DNA from: a virus
Taxonomy: Duplodnaviria; Caudoviricetes
Length of the DNA: 64,000 bases
Virus record (IMG/VR): IMGVR_UViG_3300037408_000437
Location: 3,897-67,896 of that record
Strand: one strand, 5' to 3'
The position numbers were made by a program, and so were the translations under genes. The notes beneath the pieces were generated by a model, which was not told the origin of the DNA, did not search any database, and saw only the letters and a list, made by a program, of their open reading frames with translations. Positions 28,540 to 37,957 of this stretch are shown one piece after another (within the stretch, counting starts at the first letter, position 1; every line of letters starts with the position of its first letter).

Positions 28540-29491
28540 TGGCTTTCCTCAATTCATTTAATTGCCCTTCAGTCCATCCAGGTACTGGCCAAAACTTTTC
28601 AACCAGCCACGATATCGGATACTTCTGACCCTCGAAGCCGGTTTCCCAAAAGAGTTTCTTTACGTTCTTCTTAGTGGACTGAACGCCATTTAATGCGTAA
28701 GGGAAACTGAAATCACCACCCTGAGTCCTAAAGAGATGCGCATACCAGGTAGCATGATTGACCAATACTCGCCCGCCCGCTAACCATGTTTTAGCAGCTA
28801 GTTCAATACCTTGATTTCCCCAATTACCTAAAGTTTCATCGCTAAGTTTAAGCCGCCAATACGCTTCCTTCGTACACATGAAGCAACTGCCTTGCAAGCT
28901 CATAGTTTCCGTATAGCCTAGACTGTCGCGCATCACCTTAGTTTCGTGGCGATGCTTGTACTCTTCGTGATATTGGAAGTGCGGCTCGGAATCAAAACAG
29001 TACGCCCAACTCTGCGGATTGGATTTCCCTTTCCAGATCATCTTTCGTTTCCACTTATCCTTTCTACCACAACCTGGACAAGCTCCTGGCGTTGGCCCCT
29101 GGTATTGTTTGTGCCCGCACTTATAGCACTTCCAATCGAATGCCCACAGGTTCCTCATGATAGGAACGGAGGTTACATCATCGCCGACCTTGGCATGAAA
29201 GTCCAACATTTTCCGGTCAAAGCCTTCATCGAACGAGCAGTGGGCGTCCACCTTCATAAAGTAGCGTCCAGATGCCAGCCGCGCGGCGTAGTTCGTCGCC
29301 GCCCGCATCCCTACCGAGTTTCCAGTGTGGAAGATATTAACGCGAGGATGCTGCGGTATCTCAGGTTTCGCCCACTCACCATCCAGGACTGCGATGATCT
29401 CCGTTTCCGCTCGACTATTTTTCAGCGCATCTTCGATGGTGCGCTGGAGGAACATTTCAGAGCGGGATGGAATTAAAATTGATAGTTCCAT
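28532..29491 (-). CDS. GT2-family glycosyltransferase with Zn-ribbon insert
   Basis: LSILIPSRSE, VLDG, MKVDAH (DxH), QGSCF, GIELAAK; CYKC...CPGC insert. Confidence 0.85.
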   Translation of the reverse strand: MELSILIPSRSEMFLQRTIEDALKNSRAETEIIAVLDGEWAKPEIPQHPRVNIFHTGNSVGMRAATNYAARLASGRYFMKVDAHCSFDEGFDRKMLDFHAKVGDDVTSVPIMRNLWAFDWKCYKCGHKQYQGPTPGACPGCGRKDKWKRKMIWKGKSNPQSWAYCFDSEPHFQYHEEYKHRHETKVMRDSLGYTETMSLQGSCFMCTKEAYWRLKLSDETLGNWGNQGIELAAKTWLAGGRVLVNHATWYAHLFRTQGGDFSFPYALNGVQSTKKNVKKLFWETGFEGQKYPISWLVEKFWPVPGWTEGQLNELRKANG

Positions 29492-29492
29492 A

Positions 29493-30038
29493 CTACTTAT
29501 CAAAATACCAAGACGGTTGACGATCATCACGAATCGGGTTTTCTTTATCCCATTCGGTAAGTTTAAGAGCGCATCCGTGTTCATTTACATATTCGTCTAC
29601 TGCACGAATTACTCCAAGCTTCCCACTTTGCGATTTGTAGTAGTCGTGCCCTGATACAATCCCGCCGGGCCTGACCTTTGGGGTCCACGCTAGTAGATCG
29701 TCTTTTACCGCTTCATACGAATGATCGGCGTCGATGAAGACAAAATCCAAAGATTCGTCTTTAACAGTCTTCGCTACATCAACACTCTTGCCACGGATAA
29801 TCGTTACGTTGGGGTAGCGAGAAAGCGTTTCCACCGCCAGTGGGTATGCGCGTTCCCGCCAGGTTCTAATCGCCCACGAATCGACACAGAGCAGGTTAAG
29901 ATTAGGGATAGTATCCAGCAACAGCCTGGAGTAATATCCAACGTAAACACCAATCTCAGCACCTTTTGTATAGTCCCGGCGGGCAAATTCTTTTGCGAGT
30001 TCTGTTCGGTTTTTCAAAAGCAAAGAACTTCTGTGCAT
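29493..30038 (-). CDS. Class I SAM-dependent methyltransferase (Methyltransf_24-like)
   Basis: GAEIGVYVG, CVDSW, FVFIDADHSYEAV..D, GGIVSGHDY. Confidence 0.9.
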   Translation of the reverse strand: MHRSSLLLKNRTELAKEFARRDYTKGAEIGVYVGYYSRLLLDTIPNLNLLCVDSWAIRTWRERAYPLAVETLSRYPNVTIIRGKSVDVAKTVKDESLDFVFIDADHSYEAVKDDLLAWTPKVRPGGIVSGHDYYKSQSGKLGVIRAVDEYVNEHGCALKLTEWDKENPIRDDRQPSWYFDK

Positions 30039-30718
30039 TGTAATTCCTGCTGAACGAGCCGCCACGGCTTATCCCATCCTGGTAGATTTTCAATAACATC
30101 CTCTCGCCAATTAACAGGCTTTCTCACAAAATCAGCATAATTTAACTTCGGCTGAGTCATCGACCGAGTATGCCGGATATCAATGTTCGGGTACTCGGAG
30201 CGCCATTCTTCCTTTAAAGCCAACTCTCCTTCCTTGTTAAACTTTCCCGGCTCGTAGCCCATCGACCGCGCCCACACCGGATTGCCAAACGTCGGCAACT
30301 GATCGTAACCACGCTTTTCAATAATCCTTAGTCGATTCAGGTAGAACTCCAAAGCTAATTCCCGATTAACACATAATCCTGATACCGAAGCATGGTGATC
30401 GTATGTAATCACCTTGCGGGAGTAGTAATCCCAGCGCCACACATTCACGTTATAATAAAAAGTGTCATCTTTAGGCGGAACGAACTCAAAGTGCGACGGG
30501 TGATATAAAATGTCATGCTCACAGAAAAACACGTATGTTTCTTTAGCACGCTCTAAGCAGTCATAAATCTGCTTGAACATGCTAATCGCACCGATCTTAT
30601 CAACTATTGTGTCATTCACGGTGATTGGCAAACCTGCTTTTTGCAGTTGCCGCCAACAGCCTTCCTTGATTTCAGGCTTTAATCGGTTCGATGTATAGTA
30701 AATAATACCTACGGACAC
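30014..30718 (-). CDS. GT-A fold glycosyltransferase-like protein
   Basis: GIIYYTSN...QIY..LE...VFFCEHDILYHPSHF pattern; start uncertain (GTG 30718 or ATG 30745). Confidence 0.7.
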   Translation of the reverse strand: MSVGIIYYTSNRLKPEIKEGCWRQLQKAGLPITVNDTIVDKIGAISMFKQIYDCLERAKETYVFFCEHDILYHPSHFEFVPPKDDTFYYNVNVWRWDYYSRKVITYDHHASVSGLCVNRELALEFYLNRLRIIEKRGYDQLPTFGNPVWARSMGYEPGKFNKEGELALKEEWRSEYPNIDIRHTRSMTQPKLNYADFVRKPVNWREDVIENLPGWDKPWRLVQQELQCTEVLCF

Positions 30719-31512
30719 GACAACCCAAACCTTTCCATCAACCATGAAAGATCGTGCTTTCGCCCTTCCCAACGGTTGTTCAGCCAATAATCCCGGCTAT
30801 AGGCGTTGCCACGCCGCACGTCTTCCCCTCGTGGCGACACTACCCGACCGAACGAGCGATGCTTGTGAGCGTACCACGCTGCTTTATTGACCATGACCTT
30901 CCCGCCGCCGAGCCAGGTCTTTAACGCAATCTCAGTACCTTCTTGCGTGAATGGTCCGTAGTTCTCCTCATCCAGCGGACCAATCCGTTGCCAATGCTCT
31001 CGGTGCATCAGGTAAAACGATCCCTGAATTACCATCGTTTCATCCAGTAGAATATCTGCTCGTTCCTTGCGTCTGGAACGCCATGTAGCGCCACCGATCT
31101 TGTCAGGGTTGTTGACTTCTAACCGCTCGTAATCAATAGGAGTAGGATCGCCTTCATAGATGCACCATTTCACTGGGTCGAGTTGATAGCGTCGTGGAAC
31201 TACGACCCAATCTTTCTGAGCCGATTCCAGTAGTACCTCGTCCCAACCATCCGACAACATGCAGTGATCGTCGATCTTCACAAGCCATTCGCCAGAAGCC
31301 AGCGACATACCCCTGTTGACATTGCCTCGCAAACCTAACCGAGTTTCATTCTTCATTATCTTTACTATCCGAGCGCCAGGAATATCTACATCCACAGCCT
31401 CAGCCATAACGATAACTTCTGGTTCCGTCCAACTCTTATCCAACACATCAAACACAGTATTCCATAAGGCCGGATCGTTGACAGTCGGGATAATTACGCT
31501 GAGCCGAACCAT
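30709..31512 (-). CDS. GT2-family glycosyltransferase
   Basis: LSVIIPT, GLRGNVNRG, VKIDDHC, QGSFY, EIALKTW. Confidence 0.85.
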   Translation of the reverse strand: MVRLSVIIPTVNDPALWNTVFDVLDKSWTEPEVIVMAEAVDVDIPGARIVKIMKNETRLGLRGNVNRGMSLASGEWLVKIDDHCMLSDGWDEVLLESAQKDWVVVPRRYQLDPVKWCIYEGDPTPIDYERLEVNNPDKIGGATWRSRRKERADILLDETMVIQGSFYLMHREHWQRIGPLDEENYGPFTQEGTEIALKTWLGGGKVMVNKAAWYAHKHRSFGRVVSPRGEDVRRGNAYSRDYWLNNRWEGRKHDLSWLMERFGLSCP

Positions 31513-32285
31513 TTTGGCCTTATCACTTCTTCGTAGTACGGACGCCAAACCTTCAACGCGTAAGCGTAACCGTCGTCGCAACGAGCGGGATTCTCTAGTG
31601 TACCTTGATTATGAGTACGCCTGAACGACACATGCTTGTGTGCAAACCAAGTCCGCTTGTTCACCAACAATATACCACCAGCTTGCCAAGTTTTAAAGAC
31701 CATTTCGTGAGAATCTTGAATCAGCGGACCATAATTATCGTGATCCAACTCGCCAATCACCTGATCCCACCACGTTCTCCGCATCATCCAGCACGAACCT
31801 TGCATCGACATGGTTTCATCCACATCTAAGTGCGCCCGCTCCCGCTCTCGCTGTCGCCAGTGCCGACCTTCAAACTTCCTGTCGCCGCTAATCTCCAGCC
31901 GCTCGTAATCCCAGTGTGGCAACGCCATGCACTCCCATTTCTCAGGGTCCAGGAAATACCGGCGTGGAGTTACGATAGCGTTTTCTTCACACGATGATAC
32001 CAACTCCACGTCATAGCCCTTAGCATACATACAATGCTCGTCGGAACGCATGATGTATTCACCTTTGGCAACCGCAACGCCGGCATTTATAGCACGACGC
32101 ATCCCGCGATTCTGTCCGAGATGTAAATACTTAACGCGTGAATCGGTGTGTACTTTATCTACCCAATATCCATCCAGCACTGGGATAATCTCTATATCCC
32201 CAGCAGAACCATCCAGTAACGATTGGATTGTTTGGTATAAGTATGGGTCTTTGTAGGAAGGAATTACAACAGAAACAAGTAACAT
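31494..32285 (-). CDS. GT2-family glycosyltransferase
   Basis: VSVVIPSYKD, VLDG, GMRRAINAG, MRSDEHC, QGSCW. Confidence 0.85.
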   Translation of the reverse strand: MLLVSVVIPSYKDPYLYQTIQSLLDGSAGDIEIIPVLDGYWVDKVHTDSRVKYLHLGQNRGMRRAINAGVAVAKGEYIMRSDEHCMYAKGYDVELVSSCEENAIVTPRRYFLDPEKWECMALPHWDYERLEISGDRKFEGRHWRQRERERAHLDVDETMSMQGSCWMMRRTWWDQVIGELDHDNYGPLIQDSHEMVFKTWQAGGILLVNKRTWFAHKHVSFRRTHNQGTLENPARCDDGYAYALKVWRPYYEEVIRPKWFGSA

Positions 32286-32355
32286 TATAAGGAAACAACG
32301 CTTTCCAGGTATCGATATTGCCGATTATATTTATCTCATCGATCGTTTATGTTTA

Positions 32356-32694
32356 CTATTGGGCCGAGAGTGTAAGACCACCGGGTGCCGCTGGAACGCC
32401 AGCGGTAAAGGAAAAAGGGGCGCTATTCGCGCTTTCTCCATACGCAGGGTTACGAGCTTTGGCCGTAACAGTCTTGGCGCCAACTAGATTAAGCGGCCCC
32501 AAATCAAGTTTCATAGCCTTACCCCCAGTTACATTTATAGCGGGGGTAACAATCGGGGCAGTAATCCCAGAAATATTCACAACGAATTCAGTGGGTTGTG
32601 GAACGGTACTCGGATAAGGGTCACACACTAAGAAGGGCGCCGCCGATACCACTCCAGGAAATATTAGTAAAGATAAGGCTAACTTTTTCATCAT
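32356..32694 (-). CDS. Secreted Ig/fibronectin-III-like protein
   Basis: Signal peptide MMKKLALSLLIFPGVVSA; TVTAKARN...ES..S...PAAP FN3-like C-terminus. Confidence 0.6.
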   Translation of the reverse strand: MMKKLALSLLIFPGVVSAAPFLVCDPYPSTVPQPTEFVVNISGITAPIVTPAINVTGGKAMKLDLGPLNLVGAKTVTAKARNPAYGESANSAPFSFTAGVPAAPGGLTLSAQ

Positions 32695-32757
32695 AACAAC
32701 TCCTATTTAACAAACCCAGGTCTTTCTCCTGGGCTTGTTACCTGGGCTTATTACCTA

Positions 32758-33042
32758 TTACACCACTTCACCAGGATCAGGAATGGCATCGGGAACGATA
32801 TCATCCAGACTTTGAACCGACGTAACCAACTCGCCCAAAGCAACAACAGCCGCTTCAGGAACCTCAACGTCCGTCAGCGCCGCTTCCAGCGCGGCAATTC
32901 GATCAAGAATCTCTTGCTGGACTTTCGCCAGTTGAGTCCCTAGTCCGGTCAATACCCCACTCAGTTCGTTCAACTTCATGACGATCTCCTCGTGCTGCTT
33001 AGATAACATTGTCCAAAGAAAAAAAATCTCCATGCCTTTCAT
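32758..33042 (-). CDS. Hypothetical coiled-coil protein
   Basis: 94-aa ORF in the lysis region. Confidence 0.55.
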   Translation of the reverse strand: MKGMEIFFLWTMLSKQHEEIVMKLNELSGVLTGLGTQLAKVQQEILDRIAALEAALTDVEVPEAAVVALGELVTSVQSLDDIVPDAIPDPGEVV

Positions 33043-33075
33043 AAATCACTTCTCCATTAGTGATAAACACAGTAA

Positions 33076-33336
33076 TCATTTAGCTCTGTTGCGTGTATAC
33101 TTCTCACAATCCAGCAGTTGAAGCCCAGACTGTTGGAAACCGATGCTATGTTTAGCAATTACGTTTTGGAACTCACACAGCTCCTGGCCGTCATACGCCG
33201 TAAATCTGGGGCCGGCGTTTAAAAATGCCTTTAACCGCTCATCCTGTGCGTCCTGGATGTCTTGGTAGTTAGTCCACCAACCGAAGGCCAGCGCACCAAT
33301 GGCGGTGAAGGTAATAAGAAATAAGGCTCTATTCAT
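33076..33336 (-). CDS. Single-pass membrane protein
   Basis: N-terminal hydrophobic helix; ATGA overlap with the upstream stop. Confidence 0.55.
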   Translation of the reverse strand: MNRALFLITFTAIGALAFGWWTNYQDIQDAQDERLKAFLNAGPRFTAYDGQELCEFQNVIAKHSIGFQQSGLQLLDCEKYTRNRAK

Positions 33337-33731
33337 TGAAATCCTAACCTCGCCTTGAACGCCAGCCATACTGATAATCCAATGCCCCCGCAGATCGCGG
33401 CCAATATGGCGAAAAAGCCTTTCATGGCCGCACTACGAAACACGCCCCCAAATCGCAAATCATCGCGGAATCGCTGCAAATCCTTAGGATCATCCACGTC
33501 AACCCCAAGATGAGCGAACGCCCGATGCACCGCCATATCGACGGCCCGTTCGGCGATCAGCATCTCAATTTGTTCAAGGTTATTTTTAATGCGGTCGTCG
33601 ATGGACGACAGCTCCCTTCGCACCATTAGATCAACATTATCTAGCCGCTGCTCCAGCCGTGATAACCGGTCAGCGTTCGTGCGGTCCAATTCGTGCCGGA
33701 CAAAGGTCCGTTCGCTGTCCGGCTCGTTCAC
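33333..33731 (-). CDS. Membrane protein with C-terminal TM helix (lysis-associated)
   Basis: LGVDVDDP..LQ.F..DL.F pattern plus C-terminal hydrophobic helix. Confidence 0.55.
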   Translation of the reverse strand: MNEPDSERTFVRHELDRTNADRLSRLEQRLDNVDLMVRRELSSIDDRIKNNLEQIEMLIAERAVDMAVHRAFAHLGVDVDDPKDLQRFRDDLRFGGVFRSAAMKGFFAILAAICGGIGLSVWLAFKARLGFQ

Positions 33732-33991
33732 TGTGCAACTCCCAATACCGCCCGCAACTCCCTAACATGCTGCCAACAGGCCTGGTCGCGTTCCGCCAGC
33801 CGCGTATATGCGTCATCGGACAAGCACATCAAATCAGCGGCCATGACCGTGGGGACAGTCGGTTTGGCGGGTACAAGCCACGTAGGCACGGTCTGATATG
33901 ACTGAGGCGGACAAGCACAACCCACTAAAGCCCACACCACGATCATCATTAGCAACGTGCATACCGCAAATTTAAACATCCACACTCTCAC
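33728..33991 (-). CDS. Outer-membrane lipoprotein, o-spanin-like
   Basis: Signal peptide with lipobox LVG/C, Pro-rich periplasmic part. Confidence 0.65.
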   Translation of the reverse strand: MRVWMFKFAVCTLLMMIVVWALVGCACPPQSYQTVPTWLVPAKPTVPTVMAADLMCLSDDAYTRLAERDQACWQHVRELRAVLGVAQ

Positions 33992-34239
33992 GGCTGCCCC
34001 TCGAAATCCTTACGTTGCTTAGAGTCGATGGGCTTCTGGTTGGCTTGCCGGGCGGCTTCCAGGCGCTTGCCAGCCGCGTTCAAAGCATCATGCGCGTCCT
34101 GGATGCGGTCCCGGTCATCCTTAACCCGCCGATACATCAACCACCCGCATGATCCAGCCAGCCCCGCCACGACAACACCCGCCATAACGGACAGCATCAT
34201 CGAAAAAGACATGAAAGCACCTTTAAGCACGTTTTGCAC
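33988..34239 (-). CDS. i-spanin-like protein
   Basis: N-terminal TM helix then short coiled coil, directly upstream of the lipoprotein. Confidence 0.5.
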   Translation of the reverse strand: MQNVLKGAFMSFSMMLSVMAGVVVAGLAGSCGWLMYRRVKDDRDRIQDAHDALNAAGKRLEAARQANQKPIDSKQRKDFEGQP

Positions 34240-34391
34240 TTAGGTAAATCGTTAGCATCGATTAAAAGCGACGGCTCACGACCACGAACATGGCCGCAAA
34301 CCGAATCCGAACCCTCTTTCCTCGGTTTCCATACGTGGGCCACTCGCGAAGTTGGGGTACGTTGCCAGTTACGCTCGGACGGCCCGAACAT
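34197..34391 (-). CDS. Small Cys/His protein
   Basis: AHVW...CGH...CKTC; start uncertain. Confidence 0.35.
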   Translation of the reverse strand: MFGPSERNWQRTPTSRVAHVWKPRKEGSDSVCGHVRGREPSLLIDANDLPKCKTCLKVLSCLFR

Positions 34392-34593
34392 ACCGCACCT
34401 CCCGTCGTAACCCCAGATAGCGTACAACCCGGCGAGGCAAGGGCTCCTTACACTCAATCATGTCTAGCAACCGTCCCTCGCTGACCTGTACCTGTTCGGC
34501 CAGGCGCGGCAAGGTTTCCCGGCGCGCGGCCAAGGCCAGCAACGCAGCAACATCAAAGCTGGTTAGTAGGTTGTGTTCCACTGGTATTCTCAA
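34369..34593 (-). CDS. Small HTH-like protein
   Basis: LAEQVQVSEGRLLDM...VVRYLGL pattern. Confidence 0.4.
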   Translation of the reverse strand: MRIPVEHNLLTSFDVAALLALAARRETLPRLAEQVQVSEGRLLDMIECKEPLPRRVVRYLGLRREVRYVRAVRA

Positions 34594-34819
34594 CCCATGT
34601 CCTGCCTACCCAAACCGCCAATATAGCCGCCACCGCAACCCCGTAATCCGTCAAGGGCGCTGACTGTACCAACCAATGAACGGGTCCTAAAGTCAGTTCA
34701 AAACCGCCAGCAAAAAATCGGACGGTCAGCACAATAAAGGCGATGCCCACAAACGCCAACGTCCGTGACTCCCTACCACTAGAATCACGCGGATGGAAGA
34801 ATGACCCCCACGGCATCAT
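34553..34819 (-). CDS. Holin-like membrane protein
   Basis: Two hydrophobic helices, located in the lysis region. Confidence 0.5.
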   Translation of the reverse strand: MMPWGSFFHPRDSSGRESRTLAFVGIAFIVLTVRFFAGGFELTLGPVHWLVQSAPLTDYGVAVAAILAVWVGRTWVENTSGTQPTNQL

Positions 34820-34989
34820 AATCTCACCTTCAGCACTGGATATACGTATCGAATCAATACCACCAACAGTAGCGCAACCGGCAACACCAACACCAACTTA
34901 GCAATGATAGCCGATAACGCAATGCCGACTGGCGGCGCAATCAGCAGCAGGATCAGACAAGCAATCAAGACTTTCAGGGCTTCAAGCAT
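34816..34989 (-). CDS. Small very hydrophobic protein (holin/antiholin candidate), not in the ORF track
   Basis: My translation: MLEALKVLIACLILLLIAPPVGIALSAIIAKLVLVLPVALLLVVLIRYVYPVLKVRL; fills the gap with an ATGA overlap. Confidence 0.55.
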   Translation of the reverse strand: MLEALKVLIACLILLLIAPPVGIALSAIIAKLVLVLPVALLLVVLIRYVYPVLKVRL

Positions 34990-35183
34990 TTCGCCTCCAG
35001 TTTCGCAACGCGCGCATAAATCTCATTCATGTCTTCGTGATAGGTCGCCTCCATCAGCCTAAACTTCGCCTCGATGGATGGCGTCTTACAAAACTCACAG
35101 TTGGTGTCGCCGTGCTTGTGTGGTTTAGCCTGAGCACGCAGCACGCCGGTCAATTCCCGGATAGCTTCAACAAGAGTTTTCAC
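34974..35183 (-). CDS. Hypothetical protein
   Basis: 69 aa, GTGA overlap with the endolysin stop. Confidence 0.5.
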   Translation of the reverse strand: MKTLVEAIRELTGVLRAQAKPHKHGDTNCEFCKTPSIEAKFRLMEATYHEDMNEIYARVAKLEAKCLKP

Positions 35184-35620
35184 TGCAAACCGATTTTATA
35201 GAAAAGATGACTTCCAAACCGCTGTCCAACTCGACCTTTAGCCCATGTTGGGGGCCAACTTTTCGCGTATTCAGGACGTAGTATCGTGTGGTAATGATCC
35301 GCGCCATCGGTAGGGTCAGGAATCTCATCATCAAGCACAGCATAAGCTAATTGATACAGCTCCCCAAGCTGCTCCCTGGTTCGCGTCCTTACTCGCGAGG
35401 CTTGCTTGTCCCACCAGCACGAGAATTGGTTACGATCCAGGCATACCGCCTCTATCGTATCGTCTGGAATTCCATCCCGCTGGCGACTCCACCAACCCGG
35501 ATTCTCAGCACGATTGCGAATCACCCAAGCTACCGCGATTTGCCCCTCACGAGGCTCGCCACGACACTCACCCCATAGCGTCCTTGCCATGGCTAATACG
35601 TCTTCAGGTCTATACTTCAC
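35180..35620 (-). CDS. Endolysin, SleB/Hydrolase_2 cell-wall hydrolase
   Basis: ARTLWGECRGE...AVAWVIRNR...QFSCW...DPTDGADHYH. Confidence 0.9.
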   Translation of the reverse strand: MKYRPEDVLAMARTLWGECRGEPREGQIAVAWVIRNRAENPGWWSRQRDGIPDDTIEAVCLDRNQFSCWWDKQASRVRTRTREQLGELYQLAYAVLDDEIPDPTDGADHYHTILRPEYAKSWPPTWAKGRVGQRFGSHLFYKIGLQ

Positions 35621-35835
35621 GTTGATTCCCAATTACCGATACTTTCATAGTTTCCTACAACTGGCCTACTAAAAGAAAGACCAGCATCTCGCAAATCGTA
35701 GAAATCGCACAGTCCAGGAAATTCAGGACGATCCGCCGCACAGTAATACACATCAGGATCGTTATCCACAAAGCTCGTACACTTACTACACTGAAGCTGT
35801 GAAGGCTCTATTCGTTTAGCGATAAAGCCTTTCAC
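35617..35835 (-). CDS. Small Cys-rich protein
   Basis: CSKC...YC...C motif. Confidence 0.45.
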   Translation of the reverse strand: MKGFIAKRIEPSQLQCSKCTSFVDNDPDVYYCAADRPEFPGLCDFYDLRDAGLSFSRPVVGNYESIGNWEST

Positions 35836-36410
35836 GAGAACTCACTGACCGTGCCGACGGGTAAAAGTTGGTAATGAAAGTCAAAACTAAGCAGCCCAAC
35901 CCTGGAAGCATCCACCGTACTGGTATCTTTCAATCCCAGATTGCAGATGAAGATCATACTTGGCCCCAGATCGGCTGTCGCCATGGTAATGTCGCCCAGG
36001 CTGGTGATTTGATGGATGCGAATTTCGGCGGAACCGGTAGTCGTATAAGTATCGGCGGTCAGCGTCGTTTCCGAACTGGCATACGTCGCTCCTACCTTGG
36101 CCACCACATAGCGCAACTCCCAAATGACCGTCCGGCCGGTGGTCGGCTCAGCGATGAAGGTCCAGTGAACGTGCGGGCGAAACGTGAGGGTACCGGAAGC
36201 GGGAATATACAGGTCGTGCGGGATTTGCAGGCTGGTATAAATTCGATCCCCACCAGCAAGCACCGGAATCCGCAATTCATTATCATCGCTTCCAGTCTCC
36301 GCGATGAAATCCGTGGTATAGCTCGGCGCGGCGGCACCCTGCCCGGCGGCGTGCGCCGGGCACAGAGCGTCATTCCAAACGATGGGCAATCCGGCTTGAA
36401 CGACTGGCAT
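35832..36410 (-). CDS. Virion structural (tail) protein
   Basis: LQIPHD...HVHW...WEL.Y pattern; follows the fibre-like gene. Confidence 0.55.
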   Translation of the reverse strand: MPVVQAGLPIVWNDALCPAHAAGQGAAAPSYTTDFIAETGSDDNELRIPVLAGGDRIYTSLQIPHDLYIPASGTLTFRPHVHWTFIAEPTTGRTVIWELRYVVAKVGATYASSETTLTADTYTTTGSAEIRIHQITSLGDITMATADLGPSMIFICNLGLKDTSTVDASRVGLLSFDFHYQLLPVGTVSEFS

Positions 36411-36411
36411 G

Positions 36412-37155
36412 TTAGAAGCTCCAGGAACCGACCGAGGCGGTCGCAACCCATTCCGTGGCGTTAATACACTCCAACGTAACAGAGCTTCCGACCGTGGCGC
36501 TGGTAATGCTGCCAGCCGCCGCTGTCACACTCGATCCGATTCGAATGGTATCATCGGCACCCGCAGTGATCGTAAGAGTTTGTGCGGCCTGCACGTAGAA
36601 CTTAAAGATCAAACTAGGCGAAGTCTTCGCGGTGGGTAGCGTGACCGCCGCGCCGTCGCCGTCCCCCTCATTGGTATATAGGGTACCGGAATCGGTACTG
36701 GCTGGGCTAGCCGTAGTCGTTACGGCAGTAACCGTATTCCCAGATACCAGTTGAGCAACGTGTACGACTTGCCCGTTATATCCTAATGCCAGCCGCCCGT
36801 CGGCGTCGAAGTTCAGGAACGAAACTTTAGTACCAGCCACCTGTGCGGCGAAAGTTACGTCGATGTCTTCGGTGCCGGACCCGGTATCGGTGGCAGCGAC
36901 AGTGATATCAAAATTCACATCGCTATCCGAGCAACTGGAGTCCTTAAACTCGATAACCGGAGTAGCATCCGAGATCGTAGTATCGCCCAGCGTAGCTGTG
37001 GCCGCCGCTAAAGTAAGAACGTCAGCCGCTCCAGTACCGTCCGTAAGTGCATATAGCTCGGTAAAATTGTCGTTGCACTTATCCAACGACGCTCGCAGCG
37101 TATCCCCAGTGCCGTCATCGGCAAGGGTACCAATATTAATCGTTTGCTTGGCCAT
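36412..37155 (-). CDS. Tail fibre / baseplate-wedge-like protein
   Basis: N-terminal KQTINIG...DDGTGDTLRA...K.NDNFTELY motif (T4 gp9/10-type). Confidence 0.7.
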   Translation of the reverse strand: MAKQTINIGTLADDGTGDTLRASLDKCNDNFTELYALTDGTGAADVLTLAAATATLGDTTISDATPVIEFKDSSCSDSDVNFDITVAATDTGSGTEDIDVTFAAQVAGTKVSFLNFDADGRLALGYNGQVVHVAQLVSGNTVTAVTTTASPASTDSGTLYTNEGDGDGAAVTLPTAKTSPSLIFKFYVQAAQTLTITAGADDTIRIGSSVTAAAGSITSATVGSSVTLECINATEWVATASVGSWSF

Positions 37156-37166
37156 TTAGTGACTCT

Positions 37167-37316
37167 CTACGGCGTAACCGTCGCATCAGCGGTAATCGCA
37201 GTCGAATCTACCATAAAATTGGTATTATCGGCTGTCAAGGGAAGTCCGGCACCAGGAACGGTGATAGGGGGTCCGAAATAACGGATCAGGCTATTGTACA
37301 GAATCCCCACGATCAT
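37167..37316 (-). CDS. 49-aa tail-associated peptide, not in the ORF track
   Basis: My translation ends LTADNTNFMVDSTAITADATVTP; ATGA overlap with the upstream gene. Confidence 0.55.
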   Translation of the reverse strand: MIVGILYNSLIRYFGPPITVPGAGLPLTADNTNFMVDSTAITADATVTP

Positions 37317-37951
37317 GTTGGCGACTCCACCACCCGCAGCGTGGCCGTGCCTGATGCGAACGAAGTAATCTTCAGTCGGATCAGCGGAAACGGAATGGAC
37401 GCGACGAGACCAGCGCTAACAGTCTTGGCAGTTAGCGTTCCATCAGATAACGCCTGTATAGCGGTATCGGCTTCACCGCCTATCAAAGACCGCACACCAT
37501 ACTGTACTTCGTAAGTAAGGCTGGCTCCGGAAGATAGCTCAACCGCGATACCTTTCGTCGGGTAGTCAGGGTTCAAAACTACCCAGGCAGTTTCCAGCGC
37601 GTTGCTATTACCAACCGTCACGTTAGTACCAACCGCACCGTCCACGGCGACTCGGGTTACCGTCTTGAAACTGGTTAGGGCTGTAACCGTGCCAGCATTA
37701 GGACCGGCGATTTCTTCAGAAAGCGAACGACCAAACCGGGACGTACCGTACAAGGTAAAAGTCAGCGCTCTAAGATCGGCGGCGCTATACAGCGTCACTC
37801 GTTGCTGCTCGCCAAACGTGGCGATACCGCCCGACGCCAGGGCTCCGTTAATCACCAGGTTGCCGGCGCCAGCCGTGGTTTGTGCTTGGCAGACCCCATC
37901 AGCGTCTAGCGCTGTGGGTGCCGCTACATAGCTGATGGGGGTTCTGTCCAT
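37313..37951 (-). CDS. Virion structural protein
   Basis: 212 aa, beta-rich, Thr/Gly/Ala-rich. Confidence 0.6.
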   Translation of the reverse strand: MDRTPISYVAAPTALDADGVCQAQTTAGAGNLVINGALASGGIATFGEQQRVTLYSAADLRALTFTLYGTSRFGRSLSEEIAGPNAGTVTALTSFKTVTRVAVDGAVGTNVTVGNSNALETAWVVLNPDYPTKGIAVELSSGASLTYEVQYGVRSLIGGEADTAIQALSDGTLTAKTVSAGLVASIPFPLIRLKITSFASGTATLRVVESPT

Positions 37952-37957
37952 TAGTGG

